In this document: piece after piece, positions 20,310-30,481 of the stretch
Numbering within the stretch: the first letter of the stretch is position 1
How the letters are laid out: every line of letters begins with the position of its first letter
Source: Rubrobacter sp.
GTDB lineage: Bacteria > Actinomycetota > Rubrobacteria > Rubrobacterales > Rubrobacteraceae
Direction of reading: 5' to 3'
Assembly (NCBI GenBank): GCA_035563475.1
Contig: DATMVF010000105.1
Coordinates: 1 to 56,222, forward strand
Length of the DNA stretch: 56,222 nucleotides
The notes under the pieces: model-generated
What the model saw: only the letters and a program-made list of their open reading frames with translations
What the model was told of the DNA's origin: nothing
The model's database searches: none
Program-made: the position numbers and the translations under genes

Positions 20310-20696
20310 CTAAAGCGGCGCGAAAAGGTCGACCTGGTTGCCGTCCGGGTCCTTGACGGAAGCGTACCGCTGTCCCCAGAACGCGTCCCAGGGGACTTTG
20401 TGCCCGAAGCCGAGGGCGGCGAGTTCCTCGTACTTCGCGTCGACGCTCGCGGGGTTGGGGCAGAGGAAGGCGAGCGCTACGCGGTGGCCTCCGGAGGGCT
20501 CTGTCCACTCGGGATCGATCTTTTGTATGAGCTCGGCGGTATCCCACGCGACGCGTAGGCCGGACGGTGTCGTCACCTCGGCGTGCGGTTCGTCCTCAGC
20601 GCCCTCCGGGATGTCCAGGCCGAGCCGACGGTAGAACTCCATCGAAGCTCTCATATCGCGCGCGACGATGCCAATCAGGTCCAGGTGTAGATCCAC
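20310..20696 (-). CDS. VOC/glyoxalase-family protein
   Basis: DMRASMEFYRRLG...PWDAFWGQRYASVKDPDGNQVDLF; AGGAGG SD before GTG 20696. Confidence 0.9.
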   Translation of the reverse strand: MDLHLDLIGIVARDMRASMEFYRRLGLDIPEGAEDEPHAEVTTPSGLRVAWDTAELIQKIDPEWTEPSGGHRVALAFLCPNPASVDAKYEELAALGFGHKVPWDAFWGQRYASVKDPDGNQVDLFAPL

Positions 20697-20890
20697 TACT
20701 TCCTCCTTGTCGGTCTTTCTGAGCGTACAGGACTGCGGGCGTCTTACCAACCGGTGATCGGGCGTCCTACGCTGTGCGCAGAGGTCTACAACGTCCCCAT
20801 GAAGAGCACACGTCGTTCATGTAACATGGAAGCTGTAGTGGTAAAGGGAGGCCTCAAGGTTTCGGCCGGCGGGCAGGGGAGGTATTGCTG

Positions 20891-22255
20891 ATGGACGAGC
20901 AGGTAACGCACGCTAGAGAGCATGCGGATCTGAAACGCGGCATCGGCCCCTGGTTGCTGTTCTTCTTCGTCTTGGGCGACATCGTGGGGGCCGGGATCTA
21001 TGCGCTGGTGGGCGAGGTCGGGGCCGTTATCGGCGGCGCGATCTGGGTTGCGTTTCTGTGTGCCTTCATACTCGCGATCTTCACCGCCGCCTCCTACGCC
21101 GAGCTGGTCACCAAATATCCTAGGGCTGGTGGGTCTGCGACCTACGTCAACAACGCCTTTCGGAACTCTTTCGTTAGCTTTATGGTGGCCTTCGCCGTGG
21201 CGGCGGCCAGCCTCACTTCGGCGAGTGTTCTGAGCCTGGCCTTCTCGGGCGACTACCTCCTGCAGTTCATAAACGTCCCTAGCGTACTCGCCGCGCTCGT
21301 TTTCGTGGTGGTGATCGGGTTCATCAACTTCTACGGCATCTCCGAGTCGGTCAGGCTCAACCTGGTCTTCACGTGCGTCGAGATCACCGGCCTGGTGCTT
21401 ATAGTCGTGATAGGGTTCGTGGCACTCGGCGCCGGCACGGGCGAGCCGGCCAGGGCCTTGGAGTTCAAGGAGGGCACGAGCATACTTCCTGCCATCCTGG
21501 CGGGCACGGTCCTTTCGTTCTACGCCCTGATCGGCTTCGACGACTCGGTCAACGTGGCCGAGGAGGTGCGCCATCCCAGCAGGATCTACCCCCGCGCGAT
21601 CTTCGGCGGCCTGCTCGCCGCCGGTGTCATCTACCTGCTCGTCACTTTCACCGCCTCGATGGTGGTGCCGACGGCCGAGCTCGCCGCATCGAGCGGACCC
21701 CTGCTGGAGGTAGTGGAGAGATCGCCTCTTGCGATCCCGACCAAACTGTTCGCGCTCATCGCGCTCATCGCGGTCTCCAACGGGGCGCTCATCAACCTGA
21801 TAATGGCCTCCAGGGTCATCTATGGCATGGGGGACCAGGATGTCTTGCCCGAGGTTTTCTCCAGGGTCCACCCTAGTCGCCGTACGCCGTGGGTCGCAAT
21901 CCTCTTCGCCACGCTCGTGGTCTTCACGCTACTCGCCACGGTCGGCCGCAACCCCACCGCGCTCGACACCCTCTCGACCACCACCGTGGTGCTCCTCCTC
22001 CTGGCGTTCATTATGGTGAACGTCTCCGTCCTCGCCTTGCGGAGCGACGAGGTCGATCACGAGCACTTCCGCACCCCAACCGTATTCCCCATCCTCGGCA
22101 TCGTGGTCGCGGCGACTCTCCTCATATATACCGCCATAGACGACTGGACCGTATTCGGGCTTGCCGGCCTGTTGCTTGGGATTGGCCTCATCCTCTATGG
22201 CGTGAACGTCCTTGTGAAGAGAAGCCTGGGGGAATCTCTGCAGAGCGGGGAGTAG
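20891..22255 (+). CDS. APC-family amino acid permease
   Basis: GDIVGAGIY, YAELVTKYPRAGG and GFDDSVNVAEE motifs; about 12 TM segments. Confidence 0.92.
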   Translation: MDEQVTHAREHADLKRGIGPWLLFFFVLGDIVGAGIYALVGEVGAVIGGAIWVAFLCAFILAIFTAASYAELVTKYPRAGGSATYVNNAFRNSFVSFMVAFAVAAASLTSASVLSLAFSGDYLLQFINVPSVLAALVFVVVIGFINFYGISESVRLNLVFTCVEITGLVLIVVIGFVALGAGTGEPARALEFKEGTSILPAILAGTVLSFYALIGFDDSVNVAEEVRHPSRIYPRAIFGGLLAAGVIYLLVTFTASMVVPTAELAASSGPLLEVVERSPLAIPTKLFALIALIAVSNGALINLIMASRVIYGMGDQDVLPEVFSRVHPSRRTPWVAILFATLVVFTLLATVGRNPTALDTLSTTTVVLLLLAFIMVNVSVLALRSDEVDHEHFRTPTVFPILGIVVAATLLIYTAIDDWTVFGLAGLLLGIGLILYGVNVLVKRSLGESLQSGE

Positions 22256-22470
22256 CCCGACCCCATCTGCTTCCCTGATGGCCAAAGAGGGCTGACGCCG
22301 GGGAGAAGATCTCGCGCCGCCGGGCCGATTACGCCCCGTGCGGCGTACTCTATTGTGGGAGCGCGAAGGAACGTGGCATCACCAGTCGAAACCGTCGCGG
22401 CATATGGCAATGGAGCTTTGGGTACATCAGAATGGATGGACAGAGTACCTTGGATAATGGGGAGGGCGCG

Positions 22471-23841
22471 ATGAACGGTTTGCTCAAGGGGGCGCTTGCT
22501 GCGGGTGGCGGGGCGGTCGGTGTCGAATTGTTACGGCGGGCTTTGTTCTCGGGGGCGCGGCGGAGGTACGAACCCTGGGAGAGGGCGCCCTACAAAGACT
22601 TTCCGAACAGGGTGCTCATCGTCGGTGGCGGGTTCGCCGGCTACAAGGCGGCCCAGTCCCTCTGCGAGCTCGCCAGGGATCGCGACGACGTCGGGGTCAT
22701 GCTCATCTCGCGGGAGAACTACTTCACATTCTGGCCGATGCTGGCCAGCGTTATCGGTGGCGACGTGGCGACCCAGAACGTCGCCCAGCCCTTGCGCCGG
22801 ACCCTGATCCGGCTCGGCGCCAGCTTCAGGCGGGCTCCCCTGGACAGCGTCGATCTGAAGAGGCGATGCGTAGTAGCAGGCGGCAAGGAGTTCCCCTACG
22901 AGCATCTCGTGCTCTCGCTGGGGGCCGAGCCCGCCTACTTCGGCATACCCGGCGTGGAGGAGCACTGCATAAGCATAAGGGGGATCGGCGCCGGCGAGAC
23001 GATCGTGGACAGGGTCATCGAGCGCTACGAGGAGGTGACGCTGGCGGGGGGCGAGATCCCCGACTCCAAGCTGACCTTCATGGTTATCGGGGGCGGGGCG
23101 ACCGGGGTCGAGGTGGCCTCGGAACTGCACAGCCTCGTCCGGGATTTGCTCGTGCCCGACTACCCCAACATCAATCCGCACCGCGTCAAGATAATCCTCG
23201 TCGACGCCAACAAGGAGATCCTCAAAGAGCTCGACCCCGCCCTGAGGAGGGTCGCGCGCAAAAAGCTGGCCGACCTCCAGATAGAGGTGATCAACAACGT
23301 CAAGGCGAAGAAGGTCACGGCAGACCGGGTGATCCTCGGCGACGGGCGCGAGATCATGGTCGAGAACGTCATCTGGACGGCGGGCTCCAGGGCGAGCGTA
23401 AAGCTCGACGAGATCGACCTTCCCCACGACGAGCGGAGGGGCCTTACGGTGGACCGCTATATGCGGGTCGTTGGCCACGACAACGTGTGGGGGATCGGCG
23501 ACTGCGCCGCGACCGTTGACGAGGACGGCTCGCCCGTGCCCCCGAACGCCCAGGCCGCAGTGCAGGAGGGCGATGCCGTAGCAAGGAACATCCTCGCCGT
23601 TATAGACGGAGGGGAGCCGAGACCCTTCCGCTACAAGTCGCTCGGGCAACTAGTCGAGCTAGGGAGCGAGTTCGCCGTCAACGACGTCCTCGGCGTAAAG
23701 TTCAGCGGCCAGTTGGCGGCCCTCTTCTGGCGCCTGATATACCTATTCAAGCTGGAGAGCCCGGAGAGCAGGGCCAGGATCGCCGCGGACTGGCTCCTGG
23801 ATATCTTCTACGACCCGCCCGTCACCCAGATTCGGCGCTAA
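22471..23841 (+). CDS. type II NADH dehydrogenase-like FAD oxidoreductase with an N-terminal membrane anchor
   Basis: GGGFAG, GGGATGVE, WTAG, IGDCA, AQAAVQEG and PFRYKSLG motifs. Confidence 0.88.
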   Translation: MNGLLKGALAAGGGAVGVELLRRALFSGARRRYEPWERAPYKDFPNRVLIVGGGFAGYKAAQSLCELARDRDDVGVMLISRENYFTFWPMLASVIGGDVATQNVAQPLRRTLIRLGASFRRAPLDSVDLKRRCVVAGGKEFPYEHLVLSLGAEPAYFGIPGVEEHCISIRGIGAGETIVDRVIERYEEVTLAGGEIPDSKLTFMVIGGGATGVEVASELHSLVRDLLVPDYPNINPHRVKIILVDANKEILKELDPALRRVARKKLADLQIEVINNVKAKKVTADRVILGDGREIMVENVIWTAGSRASVKLDEIDLPHDERRGLTVDRYMRVVGHDNVWGIGDCAATVDEDGSPVPPNAQAAVQEGDAVARNILAVIDGGEPRPFRYKSLGQLVELGSEFAVNDVLGVKFSGQLAALFWRLIYLFKLESPESRARIAADWLLDIFYDPPVTQIRR

Positions 23842-23977
23842 CCGCGTGCGCCGATAGAAAAACCATACCTTCCCGATATCCTGGCCCCAGGTGGCCACTC
23901 GATTGTATCATTGTATACATAACCTTCCACGGCTCTCTGGTAAAAAGGCTTCTCTGGTTGGGAAAGGAGGAGCTGGG

Positions 23978-24196
23978 ATGCGGGCCGTGTCATGCGCCCT
24001 TCTGTGCAACTGCCGTTACGCCTTGAGGGCCGACGACGACGAACGCCTGGTAGCTGTGGCCCTCGAGCATCTGAGACGATACCATCCCGTCGCGCCTGTC
24101 GGGGAGGAATGGGTCAGGGAGATCGTCACTGCCCGCGCTTACGAGATCGAGTACGCCGCGGTGTACCCGGGCAATCTCGGGACCGAGGAGGTCTAG
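23978..24196 (+). CDS. small metal-binding protein (DUF1059-like)
   Basis: AAGGAGG SD; C...CxC...ADDDERLV...EHLRRYHP pattern. Confidence 0.6.
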   Translation: MRAVSCALLCNCRYALRADDDERLVAVALEHLRRYHPVAPVGEEWVREIVTARAYEIEYAAVYPGNLGTEEV

Positions 24197-24418
24197 TCCG
24201 GGCGCTATCGGCCCGGTAGGATGGCCGCGTCTTCGAGCGCAAGCCCTGGGATCTCGGCCTGGCGCGGCGCCTAACGCACCGAGAACGGCCCAGCCATTGC
24301 GTTCTTGGGGATATTCTTTCACCCGCGAAGATGCTATGCTGTTATTCTGGGAGCGTATCCGGGGCGGGGGTAAGATCACCTTTTCTCACTTCCGTCTCGC
24401 CAGGAGGGGGTGTTCGGC

Positions 24419-25828
24419 ATGAGAAGAACTGTCGTTCTGTCGGCTGCGGTGGCCTTTGCTGTGCTGCTCGTGTCGGGCGTCTGGGGCAGTGCCGCCAGGG
24501 AGGCCGTGGGGGCTACCGCCAAACCCAATATCGTCTTCATCCTGGCCGATGACATGCGCAAAGACGACCTCAAGTACATGCCGAAGACCCTCTCTGTATT
24601 GAGGGACAAGGGCATGAGCTTCTCGAACGCCTTCGTCTCCAACGCGCTTTGTTGTCCCAGCCGGGCCACGATCATGAGGGGCCAGTACGCCCACAATACC
24701 GGGGTCTGGTCCAACAAGGGTTCGAGGGGGGGCTGGAAGGCCTACAGTAGCAACGGCAACGAGAAGGACAACATGGCGACGCGTCTGGATGCGGCGGGCT
24801 ACAGGACGGGTCTCTTCGGCAAGTACTTGAATGAATACCCCGGCGCCAAGGACAAACCGCCAGGCTGGGATAGGTGGTTTGTGCACACGGACGGCTCCAG
24901 TTACTACGACTACAAGATCAACGACGATGGCAAGATCGTCCGCTACGGCTCGGCCCCTGCGGACTACGAAACGGACGTGATAGCGCGTCACGCAGCGGCC
25001 TTCATCGGTGCCTCCGCGATGGCGAGGAAGCCCTTCTTCGCCTTCGTGGCGCCAAGGGCCCCTCACAGTCCGGCTACGCCGGCAACGCGCGACGAGCACG
25101 TCCACGACGGCCTCAAGGCCCCGCGCCTGCCGTCTTTTGACGAGAAGAACGTCTCGGACAAACCCCCCTGGATAAGGAAGCTGCCGGGGCTCAGCGATGC
25201 CAGGAAGGCGCAGATAGACAACCGCGCCGAAAAGCGGGCCGAAACGCTGCAGGCGCTCGACGACCTCGTGGCCGGGATCGTGGGCAGGCTGAATGACAGA
25301 CATGTGCTCTCCAATACTTACATCTTCTTCACCTCAGACAACGGATGGCATGGAGGCGAGCACCGCATACCGAAGGAAAAATGGCGCCCTTACGAGGAGG
25401 ACGTCCACATGCCGCTCCTGGTACGCGGCCCCGGCGTGGAGGCGGGCCGCCAGGCCCACAAGCTGGTACTCGACACCGACTACTTGCCAACCTTCACCGA
25501 TCTGGCGGACACGAAGATGCCCGACTACGTCGATGGGCGCTCCCTCGAGCCTGTGCTCGAGGGGAACGCCACCGCCTGGAGGAGCGCCATCCTGCTCGAA
25601 GCTTCAGGCCGCTACTCGCCGGCCTACAGAGGAATCCGCACGAGCGACGGGCGCAAGTACGTGGAGTACGCGGGCGGTGGGAAGGAGTTGTACCATCTCG
25701 GCCGCGACGCCTACGAGCTGCGCGACACATACGATCCCAAGAACCCACCCGTATCCCTGGCAAAGCGCCTGAAGACGTTGGTGGGTTGCGATGCTGCTGG
25801 TTGCCGGGAAGCCGAGGACGGGCAGTAG
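24419..25828 (+). CDS. exported Cys-type sulfatase (N-acetylglucosamine-6-sulfatase-like)
   Basis: Signal peptide; PNIVFILADD, CCPSRATIMRG, GKYLN, TSDNG and ELY motifs. Confidence 0.92.
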   Translation: MRRTVVLSAAVAFAVLLVSGVWGSAAREAVGATAKPNIVFILADDMRKDDLKYMPKTLSVLRDKGMSFSNAFVSNALCCPSRATIMRGQYAHNTGVWSNKGSRGGWKAYSSNGNEKDNMATRLDAAGYRTGLFGKYLNEYPGAKDKPPGWDRWFVHTDGSSYYDYKINDDGKIVRYGSAPADYETDVIARHAAAFIGASAMARKPFFAFVAPRAPHSPATPATRDEHVHDGLKAPRLPSFDEKNVSDKPPWIRKLPGLSDARKAQIDNRAEKRAETLQALDDLVAGIVGRLNDRHVLSNTYIFFTSDNGWHGGEHRIPKEKWRPYEEDVHMPLLVRGPGVEAGRQAHKLVLDTDYLPTFTDLADTKMPDYVDGRSLEPVLEGNATAWRSAILLEASGRYSPAYRGIRTSDGRKYVEYAGGGKELYHLGRDAYELRDTYDPKNPPVSLAKRLKTLVGCDAAGCREAEDGQ

Positions 25829-25887
25829 TAGCGATCTGGTCGCAGGGACCGCCAAGGTAGTGTCCATCGGTTAAGATAGCGTCTCTT

Positions 25888-27135
25888 ATGGATCGCAAGA
25901 CGCCCAGGAAGTTCGCCACCACGCCCGGCACGCGCGATGTGCTGCCCCCCGAATCCACGCGACTGCTCGATGTGCAGGGAAGGATCAGGGACCGGTTCGC
26001 CCTGTTCGGGTTCAGGGAGGTCCTCACTCCTGCGCTGGAGTACGCCGAGGTGATCGAGGAACACGGCCTCAGGGACGTCTCCTACAAGCTCTTCGACCAG
26101 GACAACCAGATGCTCCTCCTCAGGCCGGAGATGACCACACCCATAGCCCGCGTCATCTCCCAGCGCCTGGCGGGCAGCCCGCCGCCGCACAAGCTCTCCT
26201 ACGTTCTCCCCGCCTACCGCCGCGCTAGCGTGGGCCGCGGGCAGAGCGCGGAGCTCTACCAGGCCGGCGTCGAGGTCGTCGGCTCGGCGAGTCCAACAGA
26301 GGACGCCGCCACCATCGCGCTCCTCGTCGACGTGCTGCAGAGCCTCGGTCTCAAAGCCCCCTCGGACTTCGCCGTCGTGCTCGGCCAGTCGACCTTCTAC
26401 GCGGGCTACCTGCGGCACGTCGTCCCCGACGCCGCAACGGCCGTAACCGGCGCCCTGGCCGCGAAGGACCTCGTGGCCGTCGACGACCTTGCGGAGGAAC
26501 TGCCGGCGGAGGCCGCCGCGGGGGTCCGTGGCATCCCGCGTATCGTTGGTCCGGCCGCAGATAAATCCCTCATCGAGGAGGCCGGACGTTTCGCGCTGGG
26601 AAGCGAGGCGAGGGAGGCCCTCGAGAACCTGCGGGAGATCCTGCGTCACCTCGAGGCGCACGGGGCGCTCGGGGCGGTTATCCTGGATCTCGGTCTCTCA
26701 GGGCGCCACGAGTACTACACGGGCGCGGTCTACGAGGCCTACGCCGCCGGTCTCGGGTTCACCGTAGCCAACGGCGGGCGCTACGACAACCTACTCAGGT
26801 GCTTCGGGAAGGAGCTGCCGGCGACAGGCTTCGCCATCTACCTGGAGAGGCTGCTCTCTGTTTTGCCCGAGGAGGGTCCGCAGCCCCTGCTCGTCCTCGT
26901 CGGCGGGGACGTCGGCGGCATCGAGGCAGCGGCCCGCCTGCGGAGGCTAGGCGTGCCCGTGTTGCATCTTTCAGAAGACCTTCCGCCCGAGGCCGCGGTG
27001 GAGTACGCCAGGAGCGTGGAGGCGGCGTGGATCTCCTACCCGACAACGGGCGGCGTCAAGCTCGCCGCCGCCGACCCCGCCGGAGAGTTCGCTTCCACGA
27101 GCTTCGAATCCGTGGCGAGGACGGTGCTCCCATGA
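25888..27135 (+). CDS. hisZ: ATP phosphoribosyltransferase regulatory subunit
   Basis: HisRS-like fold (LRPEMTTPIAR, QAGVE, YYTG, GGRYDNL, ATGF); lies upstream of a short hisG. Confidence 0.93.
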   Translation: MDRKTPRKFATTPGTRDVLPPESTRLLDVQGRIRDRFALFGFREVLTPALEYAEVIEEHGLRDVSYKLFDQDNQMLLLRPEMTTPIARVISQRLAGSPPPHKLSYVLPAYRRASVGRGQSAELYQAGVEVVGSASPTEDAATIALLVDVLQSLGLKAPSDFAVVLGQSTFYAGYLRHVVPDAATAVTGALAAKDLVAVDDLAEELPAEAAAGVRGIPRIVGPAADKSLIEEAGRFALGSEAREALENLREILRHLEAHGALGAVILDLGLSGRHEYYTGAVYEAYAAGLGFTVANGGRYDNLLRCFGKELPATGFAIYLERLLSVLPEEGPQPLLVLVGGDVGGIEAAARLRRLGVPVLHLSEDLPPEAAVEYARSVEAAWISYPTTGGVKLAAADPAGEFASTSFESVARTVLP

Positions 27136-27779
27136 GTGTGTTGCGCGTCGCCGTGCCCAAGGGCGCCATCTTCGTTGATGCGCTAGCGGCGCTGGAGAGT
27201 GCCGGTCTCCCGGCTGGCGTTCTCCGCGAGAACGGGCGGAGGCTCGTCTACAGGGCCGAAGGTACCGAGTTTATCGTCAGCCGGCCCTCCGACGTGCCCG
27301 TCTTCGTCGAGTACGGTGCCGCGGACATCGGGATCGTCGGTAAGGATGTGCTCGATGAGCAGAGGCCCAACGTGGTCGAGCTGAGGGATCTTGGGACGGG
27401 GAGGTGCCGTATGATCCTGGCCGCACCAGAGGGCGGGGCAGAAGACGTGCGACGGGCGATCCGCCACGCCGAGGTCGTCAGGGTCGCGACGAAGTTTCCC
27501 GACACCGCGAGGCGCTACTTCGAGCGCATGGGCCGCCAGGCCGAGATCATAGAGCTGCACGGCTCCATAGAGCTCGCGCCCCTGGTCGGCCTCGCGGAGT
27601 GCATCATCGACCTCACGGCCACGGGCACGACCCTGCGCGAGAACGACCTCGTGGTTCTCGATGAGATCTCCACCTCGACGGCGCGCCTGATCTCCAACCG
27701 CGGTTCCTACCGCTTGCGCCACAGCGAGGTCATAGCCCTGGCCGACGCGATGCAACGACGCGGCGAACGCTTTGGTTAG
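27132..27779 (+). CDS. hisG: ATP phosphoribosyltransferase, short form
   Basis: ATG 27132 overlaps the hisZ stop; AVPKG, DVPVFVEYGAADIGIVGKD, ATKFP, GSIELAP and TGTTLREN motifs. Confidence 0.95.
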   Translation: MSVLRVAVPKGAIFVDALAALESAGLPAGVLRENGRRLVYRAEGTEFIVSRPSDVPVFVEYGAADIGIVGKDVLDEQRPNVVELRDLGTGRCRMILAAPEGGAEDVRRAIRHAEVVRVATKFPDTARRYFERMGRQAEIIELHGSIELAPLVGLAECIIDLTATGTTLRENDLVVLDEISTSTARLISNRGSYRLRHSEVIALADAMQRRGERFG

Positions 27780-29016
27780 AAAGTTAGACGCCCGTGGGAG
27801 AGGACCGGCCGGGATCGTCGGGGAGTTGCGCCGGCCCGGTGGCTTTCTCTCCCAGGCGGTCCGCGACTCAGCACGGCGGATCGTCGAGGACGTGCGCGAT
27901 AGGGGAGACGCGGCTCTCTTCGAATACACCGAACGCTTCGACGGCGTCCGGCCGGGGGAGATCCGGGTTTCAAAGAGCGAGATAGACAATGCCCGTGAAT
28001 CTTTATCACCGGAGGTCGAAGAGAGCTTCGGAGTTGCGATAGAGAACGTGCGCGCCTTCCACGAGAACGAGATGGACCGCCCTTGGGAACGGAGCCACGC
28101 CGGGGCAACGACGGGACAGCGCGTGAGGCCCATCCGTCGGGCAGGGCTCTACATCCCGGGAGGACATGCCCCGTATCCGAGCACGCTCGTTATGTCGGCG
28201 GTGCCGGCCCAGGTAGCGGGAGTGGGGGAGATCAGGGTATGCACGCCGCCGGGGCCCGACGGATCGCCCGACTCCGACGTTCTCGCCGTCGGTGGCCTGC
28301 TCGGTCTCGAAGAAGTCTACGCCGTCGGGGGTGCCCAGGCCATAGCCGCGCTCGCTTACGGTACGGAGAGTGTGGCTGCCGTGGACAAGATCGTGGGTCC
28401 GGGCAACGACTACGTCACGGCCGCGAAGCTCGAGGTCTTCGGGATCGTCGGTATCGACGCGCCGCAGGGACCGAGCGAGGTGCTGGTCATCGCCGACGCC
28501 GGTGCCGTACCCGAGCGCGTCGCCACCGACCTGATAGCCCAGGCCGAGCACCTCTCCGGGGCGTCGGCCGTGCTGCTCACGCCGAGCGAGCATTTGATCT
28601 CCCGCGTCGAGCCACTCCTTTGGGGGGAGCCGGCAGAACACGTCTGCCTGGTGCTAGTCGAGGATCTGGCGCGGGCCGTAGAGATCTCCAACCGCTACGC
28701 CCCCGAGCACGCGCACGTGATCTCGGCCGACCACGAGGCCGTCATGCGAGACCTCGACGCCGCAGGAATGGTCGCCTTGGGGGACTTCAGCCCCGTCGCG
28801 CTCGGCGACTACGCGGCCGGTCCTTCCCACGTCCTGCCCTCCGGCGGGACCGCCACCTGGGCCTCCGCCCTCGGCACCCACGACTTCCTCGCCAGGACGA
28901 ACTACATCCACTTCAGCCGGGACGCCCTGCGAGACCTCGGGCCCCACGTGGAACGCCTCGCCCGACTGGAAGGCTTCGACAACCACGCCGCGAGCGTCGA
29001 GACCAGGATGGGGTAG
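27772..29016 (+). CDS. hisD: histidinol dehydrogenase
   Basis: GGAQAIAALAYG, KIVGPGN, GPSE, QAEH, PEH and GDYAAGPSHVLP motifs. Confidence 0.95.
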   Translation: MVRKLDARGRGPAGIVGELRRPGGFLSQAVRDSARRIVEDVRDRGDAALFEYTERFDGVRPGEIRVSKSEIDNARESLSPEVEESFGVAIENVRAFHENEMDRPWERSHAGATTGQRVRPIRRAGLYIPGGHAPYPSTLVMSAVPAQVAGVGEIRVCTPPGPDGSPDSDVLAVGGLLGLEEVYAVGGAQAIAALAYGTESVAAVDKIVGPGNDYVTAAKLEVFGIVGIDAPQGPSEVLVIADAGAVPERVATDLIAQAEHLSGASAVLLTPSEHLISRVEPLLWGEPAEHVCLVLVEDLARAVEISNRYAPEHAHVISADHEAVMRDLDAAGMVALGDFSPVALGDYAAGPSHVLPSGGTATWASALGTHDFLARTNYIHFSRDALRDLGPHVERLARLEGFDNHAASVETRMG

Positions 29017-29061
29017 ACGTTGTCCGTTAGAATGCTTGGGCTCTAGCGATCCGGGAGGAAG

Positions 29062-29646
29062 ATGACGCGTAAAGGCGAGGCTGAACGAGAGACGGCGGAG
29101 ACGTTCGTCAGGGTGAGCTTGGAGCTCGACGGCGGGGGGGAGGCCGAGGTCGCGACGGGGGTGGGATTTCTGGACCATCTCTTGCACCTGCTCGCCCACC
29201 ACTCCGGCATGGACCTCACGGTGGAGGCCAAGGGCGATACCTGGGTGGATGACCACCACACGGTCGAGGACACGGGACTCGTGCTCGGACGCGCCTTCGA
29301 CGAGGCGCTCGGCGAGAGAAGCTCCATCACGCGCTTCGCCGACGCGAGCGCGCCCCTTATCGAGGCGCTCTCGACGGCCGTCGTCGACCTCGGAGCCAGG
29401 AGCCACCTCACGTGCAATCTCGGCCCGATGCCGGAAAAGATAGGGACCTTCGACGTAGAGCTCTTCCCCGAATTCCTGCGCGCCTTCACCCAGTACGGGC
29501 GCTTTACGCTCCACCTCAACTGCCACTACGGTGAGAACGCCCACCACAAGATAGAGTCGGGTGTCAAGGCGCTGGCCGTCGCCCTGAAGGAAGGCATCGC
29601 CCCGCGCACGGCGGGCAGCGCATCAACGAAAGGAGTTGTCGATTAA
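29062..29646 (+). CDS. hisB: imidazoleglycerol-phosphate dehydratase
   Basis: FLDHLL, DDHHTVED, NAHHKIE and STKGV motifs. Confidence 0.96.
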   Translation: MTRKGEAERETAETFVRVSLELDGGGEAEVATGVGFLDHLLHLLAHHSGMDLTVEAKGDTWVDDHHTVEDTGLVLGRAFDEALGERSSITRFADASAPLIEALSTAVVDLGARSHLTCNLGPMPEKIGTFDVELFPEFLRAFTQYGRFTLHLNCHYGENAHHKIESGVKALAVALKEGIAPRTAGSASTKGVVD

Positions 29647-29867
29647 GCATGTCAGCACGGCGCCTTTGGCGCCTCGTCAGCACGCTTCGTGCCTTTCGGG
29701 CCCTCGCTTGTCAGCTAGTCAGCTTCTTCCGTTCGGGTCTCGCCCGGCAGCGCACGACGAACCGCCACCAGCGGCAGTCGGTTACGACGCTCGTGGAGAG
29801 CCCGCGAAACGACTGGCTGAATTGCTGAGAGCCGCCGACCGGAGGGAGGCGGCGCGCTGACTAGCTT
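29645..29867. mobile_element. octamer-array palindromic element, copy D (MITE/REPIN-like insertion between hisB and hisH)
   Basis: Inverted termini aagcatgtcagc / gctgactagctt; hairpin modules; ~90-nt core; removing it restores AGGAG-ttgtcga-TTGAAC. Confidence 0.7.
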
Positions 29868-30477
29868 GAACGTCGCGATCGTCGACTACGACGCGGGGAA
29901 TACGCTATCCGTCACGCGGGCGCTGGAGAAGGTCGGTGCGAAGGTGGATCTCACGCCCGACCCAGAGCGGGTTCTCGCGGCTGATGCCGTGGTTCTGCCT
30001 GGTGTAGGGGCCTTCGGAGACTGCATGAGGAAACTGCGGGAGCGCGGGATGGACGAAGCGTGCCGCGAAGCGTTCCGGCGAGGGAAACCTTTCCTCGGGG
30101 TTTGCGTCGCGCTGCAGGTGGTCTTCGAGTCCTCCGGGGAGTCACCGGGGGTAGAGGGACTTGGTCTTATGCCGGGGAAGGTGGTGCGCTTCGAGGGCCA
30201 TGGGCTCAAGGTTCCGCACATCGGTTGGAACGAACTGTCCCTGGTGCGGGACCACCCCGTCATCAGCGGTCTCGATGGCGAGGCGTTCTACTTTGTCCAT
30301 TCTTACTACCCCGAACCGGAGGAGAGGCGAGACCTCATCGGCGAGACGGACTACGGCACGCGTTTTTGTTCGGTGGCGGGCAGGGAGAACCTCGTGGCCG
30401 TACAGTTCCATCCCGAGAAAAGCAGCAGGGCGGGACTGAAGCTGTACGGGAACTTCCTGGCCTGGGCAGGGACATAA
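29866..30477 (+). CDS. hisH: imidazole glycerol phosphate synthase glutaminase subunit
   Basis: DYDAGN, LPGVGAF, GVC, VPHIGWN, YFVHSY and QFHPEKS motifs. Confidence 0.95.
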   Translation: MNVAIVDYDAGNTLSVTRALEKVGAKVDLTPDPERVLAADAVVLPGVGAFGDCMRKLRERGMDEACREAFRRGKPFLGVCVALQVVFESSGESPGVEGLGLMPGKVVRFEGHGLKVPHIGWNELSLVRDHPVISGLDGEAFYFVHSYYPEPEERRDLIGETDYGTRFCSVAGRENLVAVQFHPEKSSRAGLKLYGNFLAWAGT

Positions 30478-30481
30478 GGCG

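Noticed and set aside
29636-29860. Small ORFs inside repeat elements (29636-29860, 15161-15349, 3712-3960, 43482-43739)
   Set aside because: They are translations of the repeat arrays, with no family motifs.
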